Assembly (NCBI GenBank): GCA_032128875.1
Contig: JAVLKG010000008.1
Coordinates: forward strand, 32,001 to 96,000
DNA from: Candidatus Melainabacteria bacterium 17Bon1m
GTDB taxonomy: Bacteria > Cyanobacteriota > Vampirovibrionia > Obscuribacterales > Obscuribacteraceae
Length of the DNA stretch: 64,000 nt
Direction: 5' to 3'
The notes under the pieces were generated by a model. That model made no database searches. It worked only from the letters and a program-made list of their open reading frames with translations, and was not told the DNA's origin. A program made the position numbers and the translations under genes. Below, in pieces: positions 19,265-29,022 of this stretch. Every line of letters begins with the position of its first letter. Positions within the stretch are counted from its first letter, which is position 1.

Positions 19265-21448
19265 ATGTCAGAGTCTTCGACACAGTCGGCCGGCAACGCA
19301 CAAGCCGATAGCAGCGGATTTTTCGGCAAGGTTCAGCGCGACATGGTGCTGGTAAGTTTTCTCAGCCTTTTCTGCGAACTGATGATTATTCGCTGGATGT
19401 CGACTGAGATTCGCATTTTCGCCTACTTCAAAAACCTTCCTCTAATGGCAGCTTTCCTTGGTCTGGGTCTAGGTTTTCTCTGGACCCACAAAAAGAAAGA
19501 GTGGATGAAAACATCGAGCCTCTGCTTGCTGTTTCTCTCAGGCATTCTGATCTTCGCACTGGCACTGCACTTCACACACCTGACCTTCGTCGACCCATTC
19601 AAATTCATGCTCTTCGGCGTAGGCAAAACGGGCGTTGGGCAATCGGGATCGGAGTTTCTTGATTCGGCAAAAACGCTCGCAATCATGCTCGGCAACTTCA
19701 TTCTTGCCACTTTAGTCTTCGTAGGTTTCGGTCAAAAAACCGGACAACTATTTGAAAAACTCAGACCGCTGCAAGCGTATTCGTGGAACGTGTTTGGCGC
19801 GCTTCTCGGAACAGTCATATTTTCTGTGCTCTGCTGGTTCAACTGCTCACCAGGCATTTGGCTCATAGTGATGGGCGTCGGGCTGATCGCAATGTTTCCC
19901 AAACGCCCTACAAGCTACGCACTGATCGCGCTTGGCGTCGGCTACATCGTCTGGCTGGCACCATTCATCTCGAAAGCGTATTACGGCGAAAATTACGTCG
20001 AAACCATATGGTCGCCCTATTACCGCATAGACCTGACTCGCGAACCCGTAGACGAAAAACAAGCAGGCAAGAAGGGGCTCTTCTTCGGCTACACCGTTTA
20101 CATCAATTACGACAACTTCCAGCAAATCCTCGACTGCACGCCGGAAAACCTCGCGCAAATGCCGCCAAAGGTTTCAGAAGCGATGCGTCTGACATTCGAG
20201 CGTCCATATCACTTGTTTGATAAACCGCCAGAGAGCGTTCTTATTCTCGGCGCCGCCAACGGAACCGACCCCGCCGCCGCATTGCGATGCGGTGTCAAAC
20301 AAATTGACGGCGTGGAGATCGATCCGGGCATCGTCAACATAGGAAGGACGCTGCATCCCGAAAAGCCTTATGACAAGCCGAATGTGCATTTGGACGTCAT
20401 GGATGCAAGAACATTCTTGCGCACAACGAACAAAAAATACGACTTGATTCTCTTTGCGTATGTCGACAGCCACGCGGCATTTTCGTCCCTTTCCTCGCTG
20501 CGAATGGACAACTATTTGTTCACCAAAGAATCGCTTACAGATGCAGCAAAGTGCCTGAATAAAGATGGCGTTATCGTTATCACGTTCTTGTCGATGGCAG
20601 ATTGGCTCTGGGAAAAACATGCAAAAGCGCTTGGTGAGGCGACCGGCATGAAGCCACTGGGCTTCTGCATGAACAATGGAATGGTTGATGTTGCGACTCT
20701 TATTTCCGGCCCCGGTATTGCCAACCGCACACCAAATGTACAGGGCTTGCCGCCTCGCGCCGTTGACTTGGGCGTCTCCACTCCGATTTCGACTGACGAT
20801 TGGCCTTTCCTTTTCTTACCGAAGCACGAAATTCCGACTGTCTACATGTATCCGATTTTCCTCGTGCTCGCCTTTGGATTTGCGCTTGTTGCGCCGCAAA
20901 TGAAAGAAGGCAGACGAGAAGTCCTCAACTGGCAGATGTTCCTCATGGGCATGGGCTTTATGTTGCTAGAAGTACGGGCGATGTCGGCATTGTCACTGCT
21001 GTACGGTTCTACATGGATAGTCAACAGCACAGTCATTTCCGGCGTCATGATTGTTATTTTGATCGCCAACTACGTGGCGGCGAGGCTCCAGGCAAAACAT
21101 ATCTATCCGATCGCCGGACTGCTGATTGCCGCACTTTTAGGAACGACGTTCTGCTCGCTTTCGAGCCTTGCACAGTTGGGCTCGCTCACCGGACAAACGC
21201 TAGGCACCGTCATCTTCTTGTCGCCGATGGTGTTCGCTTCAGTGATGTTTGCGCTCTTGTTCAAAGACACGAAAGCAGCAAGTACGGCTCTGGCGTTCAA
21301 CATCACCGGCGGATTGATCGGTGTGTGCCTGGAGTATTTCTCGATGCTCACGGGTCTGCAAGCGCTGGGGTTCGTCGCAATTGCCATCTACGGATCGGTA
21401 GCAGCACTGAATTTGAAACGCGGGAAAGAACCCATCGCGACGACGTAG
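19265..21448 (+). CDS. Membrane-embedded spermidine-synthase-like SAM-dependent transferase
   Basis: TM blocks flank a Rossmann domain (VLILGAANGTD, VEIDP, MDARTFL, YDLILF, TDDWPFLF); GGGGAG RBS before ATG 19265. Confidence 0.85.
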   Translation: MSESSTQSAGNAQADSSGFFGKVQRDMVLVSFLSLFCELMIIRWMSTEIRIFAYFKNLPLMAAFLGLGLGFLWTHKKKEWMKTSSLCLLFLSGILIFALALHFTHLTFVDPFKFMLFGVGKTGVGQSGSEFLDSAKTLAIMLGNFILATLVFVGFGQKTGQLFEKLRPLQAYSWNVFGALLGTVIFSVLCWFNCSPGIWLIVMGVGLIAMFPKRPTSYALIALGVGYIVWLAPFISKAYYGENYVETIWSPYYRIDLTREPVDEKQAGKKGLFFGYTVYINYDNFQQILDCTPENLAQMPPKVSEAMRLTFERPYHLFDKPPESVLILGAANGTDPAAALRCGVKQIDGVEIDPGIVNIGRTLHPEKPYDKPNVHLDVMDARTFLRTTNKKYDLILFAYVDSHAAFSSLSSLRMDNYLFTKESLTDAAKCLNKDGVIVITFLSMADWLWEKHAKALGEATGMKPLGFCMNNGMVDVATLISGPGIANRTPNVQGLPPRAVDLGVSTPISTDDWPFLFLPKHEIPTVYMYPIFLVLAFGFALVAPQMKEGRREVLNWQMFLMGMGFMLLEVRAMSALSLLYGSTWIVNSTVISGVMIVILIANYVAARLQAKHIYPIAGLLIAALLGTTFCSLSSLAQLGSLTGQTLGTVIFLSPMVFASVMFALLFKDTKAASTALAFNITGGLIGVCLEYFSMLTGLQALGFVAIAIYGSVAALNLKRGKEPIATT

Positions 21449-21497
21449 GGGCGCCGCATGCGGCTCCCTGCCAGGGTGGCACAGCTGCCACCCCTAT
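21445..21497. repeat. REP-like palindrome doublet (GTAGGG family)
   Basis: GTAGGGGCGCCGCATGCGGCTCCCTG followed by AGGGTGGCACAGCTGCCACCCCTA. Confidence 0.7.
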
Positions 21498-21760
21498 GAC
21501 ATACCAAGACACACGGCATGTAATAGTAGAAGCACTTAAAAACAAAAGCACCGTATATGGTGCCGCGACGGGTAAAAAAAAGAAGGCGACAGGCTGAAGG
21601 ACAAATCCAACTTTCGTTGAACTCATTCATCTGCCTGCCGCCTTCTTCACAGACCAGTGCGTGGTCAGGGTTTATGGGAGCAGTCATCGCTCCAAGTTTT
21701 CAAACTTACAATTAGGCGCCTGTGATGCGCCGTTTCACAACATCCGCGCTTTGTTCTGTC

Positions 21761-22030
21761 TTAGCGCGGCAGGAAAGGCTTGTGCGTGAGCCTTTCGGTG
21801 GGGTTCGCCTCGATGAGCGGTTGACCGCAGCCGTTGTCCTTGAGATTCGGGCTGTGGGCGTGGTCGGGCATGCTGGAGCAGCCCGGGAAGCGCTTGTTCG
21901 AGAGCAGGGAATCCGACGGAACAGCCTGGCTGTTGGTCGCCGGAGTGATGGCAGTCTGGGGCTTGAAGCAGACGAACAGCGTCGCCAGCACCATGAGCGC
22001 GCAGATTGCCACGCCAATTTTCTTTGTCAT
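21761..22030 (-). CDS. Small exported or membrane-anchored hypothetical protein
   Basis: AGAGGA RBS; MTKKIGVAICALMVLATLFV signal/anchor. Confidence 0.6.
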   Translation of the reverse strand: MTKKIGVAICALMVLATLFVCFKPQTAITPATNSQAVPSDSLLSNKRFPGCSSMPDHAHSPNLKDNGCGQPLIEANPTERLTHKPFLPR

Positions 22031-22405
22031 AAATCCTCTTAGACCGCTGAAAGAGACAGGGACGTCTCGTGCGGTTTCTTGGATGGGCTGCGGGAGTTGT
22101 TTCTCGCAGTTCCCTGGATGAACCCCTTTGTGCAAGCACCGCTGGCGGCGTTTACATAAAAGGGCGGGTTTGCGATGCCGGGTAATGCAAACCGGCATGC
22201 GGGCTGAGTTTTAGCCAACCGCGGGGGAGCCGCATGAGGCTCTCCTGCAAGATCGGGCAGGGAAACGCACCACGTGCGCTACCAGGAGGAACGCACAGAA
22301 GCGTTCCCAAAAGAAGAACAGGCGAGCACGATTTCTCATGCCCGCCTGTCCAGGTTTGTTCATCCGTTGAGCGGTTTACCGTTGTCGGATATACCGCTTG
22401 GCGGG

Positions 22406-23854
22406 TTAGTGAATCGACGCGATGCGAGTGCCGCTCAGACGGAGGTGCTTGCCTTCCGCCATCAGAGCCTCGATCTCGTGGATTTCCTTCGGCACGCCCG
22501 CGGTGAGCACTTCGTGACCATCAGCGGTGATAGCCACGTCGTCCTCGATGCGGACGCCGATACCGCGGAACTGCTCGGGGACGCGCGTGTCGTCCTTGTC
22601 GAAGTACAGCCCCGGCTCGACGGTGAAGACCATGCCCGGCTCAAGCTTGCGCTTCTTGCCGAAGGGGTCGCGGGTACCGCCGGTGCCGACGTCATGCACA
22701 TCCAGACCGAGCCAGTGGCTCGTGCCGTGCATGAAGAAGGACCGCAGCGTCACCGGCTCGGCAGGCGCCGCAGCACCGCTCGCGTTGGCAGCGGAGACAG
22801 CCTTGGCGTAAGCCTGGAGAGCCTTGCGCTCACCGGCGACCGTCGATACCGCCTTGGAGATGATGCCGAGCTTGTAGAGACCGGCACGCAGCACCTTGGA
22901 GGCAGCCTGGTGCACCTTCGTCAGCGAGCTGCCCGCAACGCCGGCCTTGATGGCGGCGAGCTGCGCGTCGAGCACGAGCTGATAGATGGTGCGCTGGGCG
23001 TCCGAGAACTTGCCGTTGACCGGGAAGCCGCGAGTGATGTCCGAGGCGTAGCCCTGGTACTCGCAGCCTGCGTCCACCAGCATCAAGTCGCCGTCCTTGA
23101 GCGGGTCGTTGTTGGTGGTGTAGTGCAGGATGACGGCGTTGTTGCCACCAGCGACGATGCTGTTATAGGCGGTGAAGTCGGCGCCGTTGAAACGGAAGAC
23201 CGACTCGATGATCGCTTCCAGCTGATACTCCGTGGAGGTCGGCTGGCACAGACGCATCGCCTCGCTGTGCGCGGCCGCCGAGATCTTCGCGGCGTGGCGC
23301 ATGATGTCCAGTTCGCGCTCGGACTTGAAGAGGCGCATCTCGTGAACGATCATTTCCGGGTTTTCGAGAGTGCGCTGCTCCGACTTCCAGATCTTGTCGA
23401 ACTGGCTGTCGAAGTGCTCGCTGTTGCCGAACTTGTAGTAGACAACCTTGGCGGCGGCGACGGCGGCGGCGGCTTCCTTGGCGAACTGGTCGACAGTGAA
23501 AGCCTTGTCGCAGGCGAATTTCGCCTTGGCGCCTTCGACACCGTGACGGATGCCGGTCCAGACTTCGCGAGCGCGATCCTTGGGGCGAACGAAGAGAGTG
23601 GTCGTCACTTTCCTGCCGACCTTGGTCACCATGAGCACCGCTTCGGGCTCCGGGAAACCAGCCAGGTAGAGCAAGTCGGACGACTGACGGAATTCGAATT
23701 CCGTATCGTTGGAGCGAGTGCGCTCAGGATTGGCGACGATGAACGCCACGCTGTTCGCTTTCATGCGAGCAGCGAAATCCTGAATCCGAGCCGCGTACAG
23801 GTCGGTAGACATGCGCGGACCGGTGAGCGAGCTCACCATATGTTTCTTGTCCAT
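22406..23854 (-). CDS. pepP: Xaa-Pro aminopeptidase (M24B)
   Basis: FRQSSDLLYL, LVDAGCEYQGYASDITR, HGTSHWLGLDVHD, TVEPGLY and GVRIEDD motifs. Confidence 0.96.
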   Translation of the reverse strand: MDKKHMVSSLTGPRMSTDLYAARIQDFAARMKANSVAFIVANPERTRSNDTEFEFRQSSDLLYLAGFPEPEAVLMVTKVGRKVTTTLFVRPKDRAREVWTGIRHGVEGAKAKFACDKAFTVDQFAKEAAAAVAAAKVVYYKFGNSEHFDSQFDKIWKSEQRTLENPEMIVHEMRLFKSERELDIMRHAAKISAAAHSEAMRLCQPTSTEYQLEAIIESVFRFNGADFTAYNSIVAGGNNAVILHYTTNNDPLKDGDLMLVDAGCEYQGYASDITRGFPVNGKFSDAQRTIYQLVLDAQLAAIKAGVAGSSLTKVHQAASKVLRAGLYKLGIISKAVSTVAGERKALQAYAKAVSAANASGAAAPAEPVTLRSFFMHGTSHWLGLDVHDVGTGGTRDPFGKKRKLEPGMVFTVEPGLYFDKDDTRVPEQFRGIGVRIEDDVAITADGHEVLTAGVPKEIHEIEALMAEGKHLRLSGTRIASIH

Positions 23855-23984
23855 TGGTAACTCCTTATTGCACGGCGCGAGTCGCGTCGTACAGGACGGT
23901 TGTTATTAGCGTTGAAAAACGCATTTGAAAAACGCGCCCAGCAGCATGCCGAGCGCGTTTCACATCAAATGGAGAGATTCCCCG

Positions 23985-24064
23985 TACGGGCTGCGCAGGC
24001 GCTGCCCTGACAGGGAGCCGCATGCGGCTCCCCTACGGACTAGGCCGCATGTGGCTCCCTTACG
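23985..24064. repeat. Cluster of REP-like palindromes
   Basis: AGGGAGCCGCATGCGGCTCCCCTAC (24012-24036) with flanking degenerate copies. Confidence 0.7.
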
Positions 24065-24076
24065 AAGAATCAAGCG

Positions 24077-24349
24077 TCACTTCGTCTTGCGCAGGGCAAG
24101 GAAGTGCGCGCCAAGCGAAGCCAGCAGGGTGCAGACGATCACAACCGGCACCATGGATGGTGCCATGTTCTCGTCGGCATATACACCTGCGAAGACGACA
24201 GGATAGATGAGACCTGACACGCAGAGCATTGCTGCCCAGAGCATGTTCTCAGCCTTCTTGACCGTCAGGCAGATGTAGCTGGTCGCGAAGGTTACGATGA
24301 ACGAACCGGCAACTATCGCCAGTGCAATCATCAGGGTTAGCGTGTTCAT
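24077..24349 (-). CDS. Small 3-TM membrane protein
   Basis: 90 aa with three hydrophobic segments; GAAGG RBS. Confidence 0.65.
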   Translation of the reverse strand: MNTLTLMIALAIVAGSFIVTFATSYICLTVKKAENMLWAAMLCVSGLIYPVVFAGVYADENMAPSMVPVVIVCTLLASLGAHFLALRKTK

Positions 24350-24476
24350 TGGTTTGGGACCTTCTTTTGGCTGAGAAGGGAGAGCGCGGGATTGCGCCCT
24401 CCCTCCCAGCTACTTAGCGATGGCCCCAGGCAGGGGTCACCGAAGAGACCAGTCCCGGAAGGGCAGGCGAGGCTGC

Positions 24477-27119
24477 TTACTTCAGGGTACCGGCGACGAC
24501 AGTGACGAACTTGTCGGGGTCGATGTACTTGCGGATCGCGGCGTCGACCTTCTCCTTGGTGAGAGAAGCGAGGTCGTCGGCATACGAGTCCATCGCGGCC
24601 ACACCCAACCCGAGAGACTCGAAGTCGGTGATGACGCGCGCGACGGCGTCGGGGTTGCGCAGCTGCACCTCGAAGGTGCCGGCCGCGTAGCCGACTTCAT
24701 CCGCCAGCTCCTGCTCGGTGATGCCCTTCTCGACGAATTCGCGGACCAGCTGGTTGACCAGCTCGACAGCCTTCTCGACGTTCTTCGGGTTGACCTGCAG
24801 GTCGATGCCGAAGAGGGCTCCGGCGAAGGTGGGATCAGCGAACGCCGAACGCGCACCGTAGGTCAGTCCGTGCTTGATGCGCACAACCTTGAACAGACGG
24901 CTGGTGAAGCCGCCGCCGAAGGCCGCGTTGGCAATCCGCGCAGCCAGGAAATCCTCGGCCGTGCGGACCAGCGTGGACGGATAACCGTACGAGATGGCGA
25001 CGCTGCGCTTGTCGGCGACGTGCACATCGATGCGCTTGCCGGCGCTGAGAGCCTCAGGCATCGGCACGACGCACTCGCGCGGCTCGGCGCCTTCCCAGGC
25101 ACCCAGCGCCGACTCGATGAGAGCCACGGCGTCCGCGACAGAGATATCACCGACCACAGTGAGCACCGCGCCCTTCGGCGTGTAGGTGTCCTTGTGGAAG
25201 GCGACCAGGTCGTCACGGGTGATGGCGGCGAGCTCTTCCATGCAATCCTTGGGCGACTTGTCGTGATAGACGCTGTCGGCACCATAGATGGCGTGGTTGA
25301 GGGTGCTCTCCGCGATCGAATCGGGATCCGAGCCGGCTTCCTTGAAGTGCGCGTTGTAGCGCACCTTGAGGGTGGCCAGCTCGCGCTCCGGGAAGGACGG
25401 GTTGATGAGCATGTCGGCGGCGATCGTCACCAGCTGCTTGAAGTCGACAGCGGCAACCTTCGCACCGGCATTGGTGGAGAAGTTTCCGGAACGGAAACCG
25501 ATGCCCGAGCCCATCTCCTCGAACGCAGCCGAGATCTGGCGAGCGTCGAGCGACTTGGTGCCCGCGGTGAGCAGAGTCGACGCCAGAGCCGCCACCAGAG
25601 GCTTGTCGGCGGGGGCTGCGTAGCCACCCGTCTGCAGCTTCAGGGACAGACCGACGACGCCAGTGCCGGGAGTCGGCACGACCAGCACCTTCAGACCGTT
25701 GGGCAGCACCGTCGAGTGCGTGCGCTTGGCGAACGAAGTTTCCTTCACAGGAGCCTCGACAGCCGGAGCGACAGCCGCGGTCTCTTCGGCAGTTTCAGCC
25801 GCAGGCTCATCGGCAGTCTTCGGAATGAAGTGACCGACGGTGCGGTTGTCCTTCGTGAAGTAGAGCGCCGAGACGCGCTGGATGTCTTCGGAGGTGACGG
25901 CATCGAGCTTGTCGCCGTAGGTCGTGTAGAACGTCCAGTCGGCAACGGACTCGGCCTCGCCGATGGCGTCGGCAAGACGCATCGGGTCGGAAGCGGCAAG
26001 CACGGTCTGCTTGCGATTGCTCAGCTTGGCGCGCTTGAGCTCGTCGGCCTCGACGCCGGACTTGGCCAGCTTGTCGAGTTCGGCGTAGATGGCCTTCTCC
26101 ACGGTCTCGTGGCTGACGCCCTCGGCCGGGGTCGCGAAGACCATGATCATGCCCGGGTCGCGCTGTTCGAAGTGCCAGGTGAAGCAGCTGGAAGCCAGCT
26201 TGGTGTCGACCAGAGCCTGGTACAGCCGGCTGGTCTTGCGACCGCCGCCCAGGATGGCAGCGACAGCCGCCACCGCGTAGGTGTCGGCATGCGTGGCCTG
26301 CGGAACATGGTAGCCGACCGCGACGCGGGGCGCATCGCCCGTTCGCACGATCTCAAACCGACGCTCGCCTTCCTGCTTCGGCTCGACAGTGACCACATCC
26401 GGAATCGGATGGGGCGAAGCCGGATGCACACCGTAGTACTTCGCCACCAGCGCAAGAGCCTTCGCAGACTCGAAGTCGCCGATGAGAAGCAGCGTGGTGT
26501 TGTTCGGCCAGTAATAGACGTCATAGAACGCCTTCAGGCGCTCGACCGAGATGGCCTCGACGTCGGACGTCCACCCGATGGTCGGGTGGTGATAGGGGTG
26601 CTCGACGAAAGCGTGAGCATAGAGCTTCTGCAGAAGCACGCGGTCGGGGTTGTTCTCCCCGATCTCGAGCTCGCTGCGGACGACGGTCATCTCCGTCACG
26701 CGCTCTTCTTCCTTGATTTCCAGATTGCGCATCCGGTCGGCCTCGGTGGCGAGGCAGAGCTCGAGATGACGCGCCGGGACGGTCTCGAAGTAGTTCGTGC
26801 GGTCGAACCAGGTGGTGGCGTTCCACTCACCGCCGTACTTGCGGAAACGATCCGGGAAGTTGTACACCTCGCCGGTGCGACCATCCTTCACGCCCTTGAA
26901 CATCATGTGCTCGAGGATGTGCGTGGCGCCAGTGTGACCGACAGCCTCGTTGCGCGAGCCGACGCGGTAGAGCGGCATCACGGTGACGACGGGGCTGTTG
27001 TGATTCTCGGCAAGCAGAATCTTGAGACCGTTGGAAACCAACAGGTACTCGCTGATGCCGCCGCTTTCGCGAACGAACTTGATTCCGAGAGAATTGAGAA
27101 CTGCAGCGTCTACTGACAT
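24477..27119 (-). CDS. M16 (pitrilysin/insulinase) family zinc peptidase, fused two-half form
   Basis: HILEH (HxxEH) motif, NATTWFDRTNY, RLFKVVR.KHGLTY; GGAG RBS before ATG 27119. Confidence 0.95.
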   Translation of the reverse strand: MSVDAAVLNSLGIKFVRESGGISEYLLVSNGLKILLAENHNSPVVTVMPLYRVGSRNEAVGHTGATHILEHMMFKGVKDGRTGEVYNFPDRFRKYGGEWNATTWFDRTNYFETVPARHLELCLATEADRMRNLEIKEEERVTEMTVVRSELEIGENNPDRVLLQKLYAHAFVEHPYHHPTIGWTSDVEAISVERLKAFYDVYYWPNNTTLLLIGDFESAKALALVAKYYGVHPASPHPIPDVVTVEPKQEGERRFEIVRTGDAPRVAVGYHVPQATHADTYAVAAVAAILGGGRKTSRLYQALVDTKLASSCFTWHFEQRDPGMIMVFATPAEGVSHETVEKAIYAELDKLAKSGVEADELKRAKLSNRKQTVLAASDPMRLADAIGEAESVADWTFYTTYGDKLDAVTSEDIQRVSALYFTKDNRTVGHFIPKTADEPAAETAEETAAVAPAVEAPVKETSFAKRTHSTVLPNGLKVLVVPTPGTGVVGLSLKLQTGGYAAPADKPLVAALASTLLTAGTKSLDARQISAAFEEMGSGIGFRSGNFSTNAGAKVAAVDFKQLVTIAADMLINPSFPERELATLKVRYNAHFKEAGSDPDSIAESTLNHAIYGADSVYHDKSPKDCMEELAAITRDDLVAFHKDTYTPKGAVLTVVGDISVADAVALIESALGAWEGAEPRECVVPMPEALSAGKRIDVHVADKRSVAISYGYPSTLVRTAEDFLAARIANAAFGGGFTSRLFKVVRIKHGLTYGARSAFADPTFAGALFGIDLQVNPKNVEKAVELVNQLVREFVEKGITEQELADEVGYAAGTFEVQLRNPDAVARVITDFESLGLGVAAMDSYADDLASLTKEKVDAAIRKYIDPDKFVTVVAGTLK

Positions 27120-27807
27120 AGCTTTAATCTCCAGTTTGTGGCTCACAAAAGAGCCGAACTTGCACCTGAACTGCTGTCCGGGTGCGTTGATTACGTTGTG
27201 AACGCGCCAACGGGCGTCCGGCCGTGACACTTCCCGCGAATCGAAACATGAACTCACGCACATGCGAAAGTTCAAGGGAACCCAAACCATGACACTACCT
27301 GCGGTGCTCATTTTTAAGAAGCACTGCTAAGTACGTGTGAACTAGGTACGTGTTTGTTGGGTTACCGGGTTTTCGAATCGACTGAAAGAAAGAGATACAA
27401 GAAGTGACCCTGAAAGACTACGCAGGCGCGCCCGACAAAACAAAGAAAACGCGCCAAAGAAGCGGCTAAATGGCACTAATAAACAAGAGGCAAAGGTAGT
27501 TTTGGCTGAGATGTAAGCTAAGACAAGTATTAAGCGCCTTCCTCATGACAACAAATCAAAACCCTCGGACCCGGACCCCAAGCCTAAGATGTAAAGAGAA
27601 ATACAAGGCGCGCGCCACGACCCCTGATGTCAAGCGAGTTTCGTCTCTAGCGAAGCTCGTAAGTCCAATCGAAAAGGGTTCGATTTTGTCCGGGAAAAAC
27701 AGGTTGAGCCGCCTGCGCGGTTTGTAAAGCCGAGAAACTCCTGAATGCCTTATGCAGTTTTCGAGCTTCGCAGACGCCTAAATCAGAGCTCACAATGCGA
27801 CTCTTTC

Positions 27808-28962
27808 CTACTCTCCCGACATAGCTTGCGCCATAGCCGCCATGAGCGGTGTTTTGTTGGTGAATGTTTCTACGTCCTTGATGATCGCTTGCGGGATCAA
27901 CTGACCGGAAAGCGGAGGAATATTGGGGAAACGCTTGATAGCTGTTCCAATTGCCAGCAGTTCAATCACACCGCCGCCAAAATCATAGACGTATGTTTTC
28001 ACGCCAACGACATCATCGGCGCCACAAGACTGGGCGTCTTCCTGGATCATAGCGAGAGCGCGAATGCGCGCCTGGTAGATGAGGTAAGTGAGTTCCTTAA
28101 TTTCCCCTCTGACAAAGCTCTTCATCATCGCCTTAAACCCGCCTGCAAAGCCGACGGAGAAGACCGACACCCCGAGTACAAGCTTGATTGGATAGTAGCC
28201 GGCATGCACGACATTCCACATCTCTTCATTCGTCAAGTCACTCGTGATGGGGGTTTCTTTATACTGCGGAGGAAGCACAGGATTGTAGGATGCGGTTCCG
28301 GTCATCAACATTTCTTGAACTCCGATGAGCGGAGAGATAACAGTCTGAATACCTAACACCGCATTGGCACCAGCTTCGCGCGCCTCTGCGGAAATACGCT
28401 CAAGTGCAAGGTGACGCGTCTTATTGAGCATGTTGGAATACTCAATTACTTCTCCGGATTTCAAACTTCGCAAAGAGCCCATGATTCCACCGCCCACACC
28501 AATCGAATAAGCGACGTTTCCAAAGACGAATTGAACAGGCTCAAACCCACAATCAAGTTGGCAGTAAAGTTCTTGACCGTTTGCAGATGTGGAAAATACG
28601 TGATCGCTCTCGACATGGTCGCCGGGAGTTCCGCCTCCTGCGCGATGAATTGTTGATCCAATCGACAAATATTCAATATTCGAATCATGGAAAATCAATT
28701 GACTCGTGACACCTGTCACACCGTCGCCGCCGTGTCTGCGCGCTTCTTCAACCATACGCATATACGAGAGCGCACGTCCCTCTCGTATGATATCGGTGAG
28801 TTGATGCACCTCACCACCGCCCAGAGTCTTGAGCCCGGAGGCAACGCCACCGACAAAACCAAGCGCAAAAACGCTGTTTCCTATGACCAAATTGCCAGGC
28901 TCATAGCCCTTCTGCTTAAGACAGTACAACTCGTTTCCGGAAAGTCCTGTGATGATAGTCAT
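27808..28962 (-). CDS. Protein with three YbjQ-like (UPF0145, putative heavy-metal-binding) domains
   Basis: Three repeats of the pattern G.v.s.G..GG....L.....GE...............AL.RI..EA...GA..V.G. Confidence 0.8.
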   Translation of the reverse strand: MTIITGLSGNELYCLKQKGYEPGNLVIGNSVFALGFVGGVASGLKTLGGGEVHQLTDIIREGRALSYMRMVEEARRHGGDGVTGVTSQLIFHDSNIEYLSIGSTIHRAGGGTPGDHVESDHVFSTSANGQELYCQLDCGFEPVQFVFGNVAYSIGVGGGIMGSLRSLKSGEVIEYSNMLNKTRHLALERISAEAREAGANAVLGIQTVISPLIGVQEMLMTGTASYNPVLPPQYKETPITSDLTNEEMWNVVHAGYYPIKLVLGVSVFSVGFAGGFKAMMKSFVRGEIKELTYLIYQARIRALAMIQEDAQSCGADDVVGVKTYVYDFGGGVIELLAIGTAIKRFPNIPPLSGQLIPQAIIKDVETFTNKTPLMAAMAQAMSGE

Positions 28963-29022
28963 GGTGCAATCTCCGTGCCTGCAAGCAAGAGATCGTACAC
29001 GCTTGACTGCCAGTTTGTTTCC

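Noticed and set aside
22274-27116. 528-aa and 898-aa plus-strand ORFs
   Set aside because: Antisense shadows of the GC-rich pepP and M16 peptidase genes.
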